From Methanomassiliicoccaceae archaeon (GTDB lineage: Archaea > Thermoplasmatota > Thermoplasmata > Methanomassiliicoccales > Methanomassiliicoccaceae), in contig CAVSJV010000007.1 in the NCBI GenBank assembly GCA_963728405.1, forward strand, positions 278,764 through 302,763: a stretch of 24,000 nucleotides of DNA. Direction: 5' to 3'. Made by a program: the position numbers and the translations under genes. Below, in pieces: positions 17,174 through 24,000 of this stretch (the first letter of the stretch is position 1; each line of letters starts with the position of its first letter). Under the pieces are notes generated by a model. It worked only from the letters and a program-made list of their open reading frames with translations. It was not told the origin of the DNA and ran no database searches.

Positions 17174-17878
17174 TTAAATGGTGCCCTTCAATATCTTTGT
17201 CTCCACATCGCCTTTGGTCCTTTCCGCTAATTTATTGAGAAAATCATCCCTCATGCCCGCCGGGAGCTCCACCACACCGATCCAGTTGCCGTTGGCTTGC
17301 CACTCGTCCTTGGTGATCTTGCCGGCCTGATTTATGTAATCATAACAGCGCCCGTATTGGTCGCCGGTCAATTTCACTGCGATACGGACCTTGTCGAATC
17401 GGATTGGGATCAGGGGTCGGAGCGCCTTCATCGTCGGCTCGATCTGCGATTCGACCGATTTGAAAGGGTCGATGTGGACACGAGCTTCCTCCATGGCCGC
17501 CTCTATGCGGGCTGGAGGGTGAGGCCCCCCGGTCTGGGGGTTGATGGCGTTTCGGGCGATCTCCGCGATGATGCGCTTCCTCTTGCTCTCCTGCATCTCC
17601 TTTCGCTGTTGGGTGGTGAGCTGTACCTCGCCCTTGAGGATGATATGCTTGGCGACATCGGTCGGATCATTGGTCCCAAAGACCTCATGGACCTTCTTCT
17701 CTTCCGGTCGGGTGCCTTTGTGGGCGTTGCGGAAGATCTCGTCTATGACCATGTGGTCGGAGAGATCGACCTCCTTACCCTCCCGGATGAGGTTCACTAC
17801 CTTTGGGTCGATAAGGATCTCGAAGGTCTCCCCATGAGATTCCAGCCTGGCGATTATGGCGTCCTCGATGTCGACCAT
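17174..17878 (-). CDS. sbds: Ribosome maturation protein SBDS/Sdo1
   Basis: 234 aa. FYSH-like N-terminus ([16 protein letters not shown]...IFRNAHKG), in the conserved position next to psmA. Confidence 0.9.
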   Translation of the reverse strand: MVDIEDAIIARLESHGETFEILIDPKVVNLIREGKEVDLSDHMVIDEIFRNAHKGTRPEEKKVHEVFGTNDPTDVAKHIILKGEVQLTTQQRKEMQESKRKRIIAEIARNAINPQTGGPHPPARIEAAMEEARVHIDPFKSVESQIEPTMKALRPLIPIRFDKVRIAVKLTGDQYGRCYDYINQAGKITKDEWQANGNWIGVVELPAGMRDDFLNKLAERTKGDVETKILKGTI

Positions 17879-17890
17879 TCTAACACAGGC

Positions 17891-18613
17891 TTAAGCGGAG
17901 TTGGCCTTTTCAACTACAGCTTCGACCTCGCTGTCATCCAGGCGACGGAAGTTTGCTCCTCTGCGGACGATGCCGATCTCCACGGACTTGGGGTTGAGCT
18001 TCTCTTCCTCAGTGGCCTTCTTGAGCGCCTTGAGCCCGAGGACGATCGCATCCTCGCTATCCATGTCTTCCTGGTATTGCTCCTCGAATACTTCCATGAC
18101 CACATTGCGGCCGGCCCCGATGCTTCCTGCCTTATAGGAGACGAGCGCCCCGGAGGGATCGGTCTCGAACAGGTGTATGCCCTGGTCGTCCACGCCTGCC
18201 ACTAGTAACGCCGTTCCGAAGGGCCTGACGCCCCCATACTGGGTGTAATTCTGCTTGAAGTCACAAATGCGCTTGACCAGCATTTCCACGCCGATACGCT
18301 CGTCGTAGGTGATCTTGCTAACTTGGGCGGTGACACGGGCATGGTCCACCAAGACTCTGGCGTCAGCCACAAGGCCGGAAGTGGCGCAGCCGACGTGCTC
18401 ATCGATCTGGAAGATCTTCTCGATCGACTTGGGCTCCATAAGACGGCTGGCGATGCGCTTGTCTACTATTAGGATGGCCCCATCCTTGAACTTCAAACCT
18501 ACCGTGGTGGTGCCCCTCTTGACAGCCTCCCTCGCGTATTCCACCTGGAATAACCTCCCATCAGGCGAGAACACGGTGATGGCCCGATCATATGCCATTT
18601 GTCCTGGTTGCAT
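17891..18613 (-). CDS. psmA: Proteasome subunit alpha
   Basis: YDRAITVFSPDGRLFQVEYAREAVKRGTTTVGLK, the canonical alpha-subunit N-terminus. Confidence 0.95.
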   Translation of the reverse strand: MQPGQMAYDRAITVFSPDGRLFQVEYAREAVKRGTTTVGLKFKDGAILIVDKRIASRLMEPKSIEKIFQIDEHVGCATSGLVADARVLVDHARVTAQVSKITYDERIGVEMLVKRICDFKQNYTQYGGVRPFGTALLVAGVDDQGIHLFETDPSGALVSYKAGSIGAGRNVVMEVFEEQYQEDMDSEDAIVLGLKALKKATEEEKLNPKSVEIGIVRRGANFRRLDDSEVEAVVEKANSA

Positions 18614-18684
18614 AATATCACTCCTAACTACGCAATTCTCATTAAAGCACTACTGCGATATATATCTTAATGCTTGCCTGGAAT

Positions 18685-18707
18685 AAAAATTAGGGGGCCT
18701 CGCCCCC
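18685..18707 (-). terminator. GC hairpin plus T5 downstream of pop5
   Basis: GGGGGC (18693-18698) / GCCCCC (18702-18707) stem, followed on the minus strand by TAATTTTTATT. Confidence 0.5.
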
Positions 18708-18731
18708 TTGAAAGTGGACACACTGGACTAG

Positions 18732-19028
18732 CTACTTTTTTGGGTAAAGGGCCCCTTCTCTCAGCGACCTGAGCGTCCCCGAGGCCCGGAGGGTTTCCAA
18801 ACCTCTCTCAACCTGACCATTTATAGCGTCGGTCGCCCTGTGCTGGTCCGGCCCGGAGACCCGTATGATGCCCCTGCGGCCGTCGAACTGAATGACCTTG
18901 AACTTCACGCCCGACCTGGTTAGGGAAATGTTCAAGGAAGAAAGAAGGTCCTCGTCGGTCATCGGACGCTCTGATCGAACCCGAATCGCAATGTACCTTC
19001 TCCGACCCCTTTTGGATTTGACGACCAT
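18732..19028 (-). CDS. rnp2: RNase P protein component 2 (Pop5/Rnp2)
   Basis: 98 aa. KRGRRRYIAIRV...GRRGIIRVS fits the Pop5 pattern, and the gene occupies the superoperon position upstream of psmA. Confidence 0.75.
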   Translation of the reverse strand: MVVKSKRGRRRYIAIRVRSERPMTDEDLLSSLNISLTRSGVKFKVIQFDGRRGIIRVSGPDQHRATDAINGQVERGLETLRASGTLRSLREGALYPKK

Positions 19029-19044
19029 CGGACATCTACCCGCC

Positions 19045-20157
19045 TCAGCAAGATTCCTTGGACGGGAACATCGGGGACTTGACCCCGGTGATGACGACCA
19101 GTAGGCGGACCTTGCCCTTCAGCTCGGGCTCTATGGAGCACCCCCATATAATCCTTGCCCGTGGGCTCAGCCTTGAGGAGACCAACTCCGCGGCCTTCTC
19201 TGCCTCACTTACCGTCATGTCGGGACCGCCCTGCACTCTGATTAGGGCGCCATTGGCGGAGGCCATATTGATATCTCCCAACAATGGAGAGTTAAGCGCT
19301 TCCTGCACGGCCTGGGGAACCCTGTCCGAATCATCGGAACTCTCTCCCATGCCGATCATGGCCATGCCGCCGTTCTTCATGATGGTATTGATGTCGTTGA
19401 AATCCACATTGACCAGTCCGGGCTTGGTGACGACCTCGGTGATGCCCTTTATCCCGTGCATCAAGACCTCGTCCGCCACCTTAAAGGCCGCTTCAAGGGG
19501 TAGCTTGGGCACCATCTTCAAGAGCTGGTCGTTAAGAATTACGATGGTCGTATCGCAGCTCTGCTGCAGGCGTTCCAATCCCTTCCGGGCGTTCTCCATG
19601 CGCAAGCGGCCTTCGGACTTGAAGGGCATGGTGACAATGCCCAACGTCAGGGCGCCATAGCGCTTGGCGATCTCGGCCACATACGGTGCGGAACCGGTCC
19701 CCGTCCCGCCGCCCATGCCTGCGGTCACAAAGACCACTTGGCGGCCGTCGATGTATTTGCGGATCTCTTCCTGGGCTTCCTCTGCAGAGGATCTTCCGAC
19801 CTCCGGTATGGCTCCCGCCCCCAACCCCTTAGTGGTGAGCTTTCCGAGCAGGATCTTGTTGGGGGCTTGGATGTTGAGCAGGTGTCGCGCATCACTGTTG
19901 GCGGCGACCAGGGTCGCCCCCGCCACGCCGGCCGAGGTCAGGCGGTGAATGGTATTCGACCCTCCCCCGCCGCAGCCTACGATGGAGATCTTGATCTGTA
20001 TCGATTCGACTAGCTTCCTTAGCTCCTCATCGTCCGCGCTCGCCGGGGTGACTCTTGCAAAGCGTGAATCCAAATTATCGCCGGAGGTCGAGCTAACGGC
20101 CCTATCCACTAACGAGTTCGTGTGCATCCCTCTTTGAATTGAATGAAGGTCCATCAT
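19045..20157 (-). CDS. ftsZ: Cell division GTPase FtsZ
   Basis: GCGGGGSN, the tubulin signature [12 protein letters not shown], and the T7 loop NVDFNDI. The TATA-like TTTTTATAA at about 20168-20176 is very close to ATG 20157, so the downstream ATG at 20127 is a possible true start. Confidence 0.92.
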   Translation of the reverse strand: MMDLHSIQRGMHTNSLVDRAVSSTSGDNLDSRFARVTPASADDEELRKLVESIQIKISIVGCGGGGSNTIHRLTSAGVAGATLVAANSDARHLLNIQAPNKILLGKLTTKGLGAGAIPEVGRSSAEEAQEEIRKYIDGRQVVFVTAGMGGGTGTGSAPYVAEIAKRYGALTLGIVTMPFKSEGRLRMENARKGLERLQQSCDTTIVILNDQLLKMVPKLPLEAAFKVADEVLMHGIKGITEVVTKPGLVNVDFNDINTIMKNGGMAMIGMGESSDDSDRVPQAVQEALNSPLLGDINMASANGALIRVQGGPDMTVSEAEKAAELVSSRLSPRARIIWGCSIEPELKGKVRLLVVITGVKSPMFPSKESC

Positions 20158-20201
20158 GATGGCATTATAAAAATCTTATTAACAAGAATCTATCTGCCAG
20201 C

Positions 20202-21071
20202 TTATACAAACTCGAAGGCCGTCCCACAGACCCGACACGAAATGTCCCCCTCGCCTAGCTCGGCCCCGCACTCCGGGCAGTGGTTTCCCAGAATGGTCCC
20301 GCAGGCGCAGGTCTCCGCGCCCACTGCGACCGGTCGGCCACATACTGGGCAGCCAGGGGGAGCAGGCTGCAGGAATCTTTCCCCGCAACGACCACAATAT
20401 GTATCGCTCTCACTGACCTGGAATCCACAGGTCGGACAGGAGAAGCTCCCGCCTTCGGTAACGAAGATGACCCCACATGAGCAGCCGGTCGCCCCCTCTT
20501 CCAGCTCCATGCCGCATGCTGGACAGGGGTTCGCAGGCACATTTTCCTTCTCGATCTTGCTCTCTTCCTCGGATGGTGATGCTTCCGGGATGGGCGGTTG
20601 GACATAGTCACGAGTGGTGGTGCTCTCCCATCCCTTTATGGCAACGGTCCGCCGACAATAAGGGCAGTTACCAACTCGGGCTAGACATATCGAGTGAAAG
20701 ACCCTCCCGGACGTACATCGTACGTATTCGGTCCCCTCTTTGATCTTGCCCATGCAGATTTGGCATATCTCCGGTTGGACCTTCGGACCGGTGACTTGGA
20801 CCCGCGGTCGGCCTTTTGGCTCCTGAGGGCCCTGGTCCGGGGCGTTGCCCACGTAGATGTATCTCTTGAACAGCTTCCCGAAACCGGAGCCGGTCAACAA
20901 TGCACCTATGGGTAGGAACATCTCCAACACGAACGGTCGAAGCTGTTGGGATTTAAGGAGATTGCTTTCTAATTTGGCGCGCTGATAATAATGCCTGGTG
21001 GCCCTCTTGTTTATTCTACGAATAGGTAAAAGACGAACGTTCGTATTTTTTTCAGACAGGTATCGAAACAT
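20202..21071 (-). CDS. Membrane-anchored RING-like / quadruple zinc-ribbon protein
   Basis: 289 aa. One hydrophobic segment (PFVLEMFLPIGALLTGSGFG). CQIC-x12-C-x6-H-x2-C-x6-CPYC spans aa 103-139, followed by four CxxC...CxC(G)/CxxC ribbons across aa 183-283. Confidence 0.7.
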   Translation of the reverse strand: MFRYLSEKNTNVRLLPIRRINKRATRHYYQRAKLESNLLKSQQLRPFVLEMFLPIGALLTGSGFGKLFKRYIYVGNAPDQGPQEPKGRPRVQVTGPKVQPEICQICMGKIKEGTEYVRCTSGRVFHSICLARVGNCPYCRRTVAIKGWESTTTRDYVQPPIPEASPSEEESKIEKENVPANPCPACGMELEEGATGCSCGVIFVTEGGSFSCPTCGFQVSESDTYCGRCGERFLQPAPPGCPVCGRPVAVGAETCACGTILGNHCPECGAELGEGDISCRVCGTAFEFV

Positions 21072-21416
21072 TTTTAACTAACCGTGCCGAAGTGGGTGAT
21101 AAATCGAGGAAAGGGAGCAATCTACGATATGTTAATATACGAACATTCCATTTCCCGCAAAAAGCACCCAAGCCATGAGCCGTGTTCACATGCTAACAAT
21201 GAGCGGCACAGGGTAATAGGCAGCTGTTTGTCCGGGCTGTGGGTTTCGAACGGGTGCGATCCAATAAGGTTGCCGCGCCCGGGAACTGGAGGATTCATGC
21301 TCGGTAGCGGGATAGTAATTAACCCCGTAAAGGGGGTCAAGCTGGCCGATAGACGTGAATATTGTATATCATCTACGGACGAATTATCGATGAAGAAGAA
21401 TTTTGGAGGAGCCTGA

Positions 21417-22754
21417 ATGTCGGATAAGACGGGTGCAGTAATGGTCGTCGGAGGGGGTATCTCCGGCGTACAGACCGCGTTGGACCTTGCGGAGTCAGGG
21501 TTCCAGGTCTACCTGATTGAGAAGACGCCAAGCATCGGTGGAGTGATGTCCCAGCTGGACAAGACCTTCCCGACAAACGATTGTTCGATGTGCATTCTTT
21601 CGCCTAAATTGGTGGAGGCATCTAGACACCCCCTCATCAACCTCATGACCTTGTCTGAGGTAACCGAGGTTGGTGGAGAGGCGCCTAACTTTAAGGTGAA
21701 GGTACGCCACAACCCCCGCTACGTCAGCATGGACAAGTGCGTGGGATGCGGCATCTGTGCCGAGAAGTGTCCAGTAAAGGTGCCGAACGAGTACGATGCA
21801 AGCCTGGTCAACAGGAAGGCGATACACATCCCCTTCGCCCAGGCTGTGCCGCTGAAGTACTCGATCGATGCATCGAAGTGTCTTAAGCTCACTAAGGGTC
21901 GCTGCGGACTTTGCGAGAAGAACTGCCCGGCCGGAGCGATCAACTATGAAGATAAGGCCGTGGATGAGACCCTAGATGTTGGAGCGATCGTTCTCGCTCC
22001 CGGATTCTCGGTCTTCGACGCTCGCCTGAAGAAGGAGTACGGCTACGGCGAGTACGCTAACGTCGTGACCTCCCTTGAGTTCGAGAGGTTCCTGAGCGCC
22101 ACCGGCCCCTATGGTGGCCATGTGGTCCGGCCCTCTGACCAGAAGGCCCCCAAGAAGGTCGCTTTCCTGCAGTGCGTCGGTTCCAGGGACGAGAAGGTGG
22201 GCAACACCTACTGTTCCTCCGTCTGCTGCATGTACGCCATGAAGCAGGCCATCATCGCCGGTGAGCACACCGCTGGACTGAAGCCAGTCATCTTCTTCAT
22301 GGACATCAGGGCCGTTGGCAAGGAGTTCGAGGACTACCGCGCCAGGGCCGAGAAGGAGTACGGCATTGAGATGCACCGCTCCTCTAGGGTAGCCAATGTC
22401 CTGGAAGACCCCGTGACCAAGAACCTCACCCTCCGCTACTCTGATAGCAGTGGCAACGTGGCCGAGGAAGAGTTCGACCTGGTAGTGTTGTCCCTAGGTC
22501 TGGAACCGCCAAAGAACTCCGAGACCATCGGCAAGGTCTTCGGCGTGAACCTGAATAAGTTCGGGTTCGCCGGTACCAATGTCTACAGCCCTCTGACCTC
22601 CAGCCGCCCCGGCGTGTTCGTGACCGGCGCTTTCGCAGCGCCCAAGGATATCCCGACCTCGGTGGCCGAAGCTTCGGGAGCCGCGGCCAAGGCCGGTGCC
22701 TATATCTCTAACCGGAGGGGACATCTCGCCGAGGAAAAGAAGGCCGAGATCGAC
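21417..22754 (+). CDS. hdrA: HdrA-like heterodisulfide reductase flavoprotein, module 1 (frame lost after 22754)
   Basis: GGAGG SD. GGGISG FAD fold, TFPTNDCSMCILSPK, an inserted 2x[4Fe-4S] ferredoxin (CVGCGICAEKCP, CGLCEKNCP), and LQCVGSRD...CSSVCC. The called ORF continues to 22934 only as Arg/Pro-rich junk. Confidence 0.85.
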
Positions 22755-22755
22755 T

Positions 22756-24000
22756 GTCGAAGGACAAGAGCCCCGTATCGGTGTCTTCGTCTGCGACTGC
22801 GGTATCAACATCAAGGGGACCGTGAACTGTACCGTCAGTGGTCGACTACGTCAAGACCCTGCCGAACGTGGTCTATGCAGAGGAGAACAAGTACACCTGC
22901 TCCGCCGATACCCAGGAGCATATCAAGGACCTGATCAAGAAGGAGAAGCTCAACCGGGTCGTGGTCGCCTCGTGCACTCCCCGTACCCATGAGCCTCTGT
23001 TCATGAGCACTCTGAAGGAAGCGGGCTTGAACCCCTACCTCTTCGAGATGGCCAACATCCGTGACCAGTGCTCCTGGATCCATATGGGCGAGCCCGAGAA
23101 GGCCACCCAGAAGTCCAAGGACCTTGTAAGGATGGCCGTGGCCAAGTCCCGGCTGCTGGAGCCCCTGTATGAGTCGAAGCTGCCGGTCACTCACTCATCT
23201 ATAGTGATCGGAGGAGGCGTCTCTGGAATGACCGCTGCCCTGGACATCGCTGCTCAGGGATTCCACGTGGACCTCATCGAGAGGACCGGGGAACTTGGCG
23301 GAAATGCCATGAAGATCTACCATGAGGAGGATGGCCGCAAGCTCCGTGAGTTCGCCAAGGAACTCATCACCCGGGTACGGAATAACAAGAACATCACCGT
23401 GCACCTAGACACCAACGTCCAGGACGTCGGTGGGTTCGTCGGGAACTTCAAGGTAAAGACCACCGCCGGCGAGATTGAGACCGGTAGCATTGTGGTCGCC
23501 GTGGGCGCCGAGGAGTACAAGCCCAAGGAGTTCCTGTATGGGCAGGATAAGAGGGTCGTCACCCAGCTGGAGCTGGAGGACCAGATGCAGAAGGGACCTG
23601 TAGCCGCCAAGAAGATCGCAATGATCCAATGTGTTGGTTCCAGGAATGCTGAGGCACCCTTCTGCAGCAGGGTCTGCTGTGCCAACGCCGTCAAGAACGC
23701 CATCAACTTGAAGAAGGCCAACCCGAAGTCCGATGTGTATGTGTTCCACAAGGACATCAGGACATATGGCTTCCGCGAGGAGCTGTACAAGGAGGCCGGC
23801 CAGGTCGGCGTCAAGTTCGTCAGGGTACCCGAGGACAAGCCCCCCATGGTCACCAAGGAGGGCGACAGCCTGAAGCTCGTGGCCACCGACACAATACTGG
23901 GCGATGACATCATGCTCACTCCCGACATGGTGGTCCTGAGCACTGGTATCCGTCCGCACCACGACAATGAGGAACTGGCCAAGATGCTCAAGGTGCCTCT
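22756..24000 (+). CDS. hdrA: HdrA-like flavoprotein, module 2 (HdrA N-terminal Cys domain plus a second FAD domain); second frame break at 22828; 3' partial
   Basis: 22756-22827 reads VEGQEPRIGVFVCDCGINIKGTVN. From 22829 the next frame reads VPSVVDYVKTLPNVVYAEENKYTCS...VVASCTPRTHEPLF...ANIRDQCSWIH...VIGGGVSGMTAALD...IQCVGSRN...FCSRVCC, with no stop up to the window end. Confidence 0.8.

Noticed and set aside
17297-18205. 302-aa plus-strand ORF across sbds and psmA.
   Set aside because: It is a shadow ORF antisense to two strongly conserved genes. It is Leu/Asp/Gly-rich with no motifs.
21084-21416. 110-aa GTG-start ORF, plus loose RNase P RNA-like strings (GAGGAAAGGGAGC at about 21105; GCTGGCCGATAGACGTGAAT at about 21341) in the 345-bp hdrA upstream region.
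   Set aside because: The ORF has an implausible composition and no SD. The RNase P resemblance fails at the critical points: there is no GAGGAAAGUCC, no GGCUUA, and no complementary P4 3' strand. The region would also overlap the hdrA promoter and SD.
23317-23991. 224-aa and 185-aa minus-strand ORFs opposite HdrA module 2.
   Set aside because: The plus strand encodes clear HdrA motifs with no stops to the window end, so these are antisense artefacts.
1-24000. A scan for CRISPR arrays, tandem repeats, IS elements or terminal inverted repeats, integrases, and rRNA genes.
   Set aside because: None was found by inspection. No spaced direct repeats and no transposase- or integrase-like ORFs appear in the track.

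Overview
This window looks like archaeal core chromosome. Coding regions are GC-rich and the intergenic promoter regions are sharply AT-rich. The gene content (FtsZ, HdrA, exosome superoperon) suggests a euryarchaeon, perhaps Thermoplasmata/Methanomassiliicoccales-like, but that is a guess I could not verify.

Gene order from left to right:
- A CoADR/Nox-type flavoprotein, translationally coupled to a MoaD/SAMP-like Gly-Gly protein.
- A minus-strand amtB-glnK operon.
- A roughly 900-bp AT-rich gap holding a possible structured RNA, a small ORF and a terminator.
- A small GNAT-like ORF convergent with glnA.
- A hypothetical ORF, then tyrS.
- A TetR / KaiC(GvpD)-like ATPase / HAD hydrolase cassette.
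- A DHH phosphoesterase.
- A roughly 670-bp GC-rich stretch with no intact ORF.
- The conserved archaeal exosome superoperon on the minus strand: ftsZ-pop5 | psmA-sbds | rrp4-rrp41-rrp42-rpl37ae-rpoP-pcc1-pfdB.
- A membrane-anchored RING-like, multi-zinc-ribbon protein.
- A large tandem HdrA-like flavoprotein that runs off the 3' end.

I saw no CRISPR array, rRNA, convincing tRNA or mobile element.

Main observations:
- Four +1 reading-frame breaks fall in otherwise well-conserved genes: the glnA C-terminus, the KaiC-like gene, and the HdrA-like gene twice.
- The HdrA-like gene has an unusual tandem architecture.
- Two regions (12981-13652 and 3864-4790) carry secondary-structure signals but no supported gene.
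- The amtB and glnA leaders are long, and a few short motifs recur between them.
- A RING-H2-like domain occurs in a membrane zinc-ribbon protein.

Everything here comes from reading the sequence by eye. No database search or folding computation was run.
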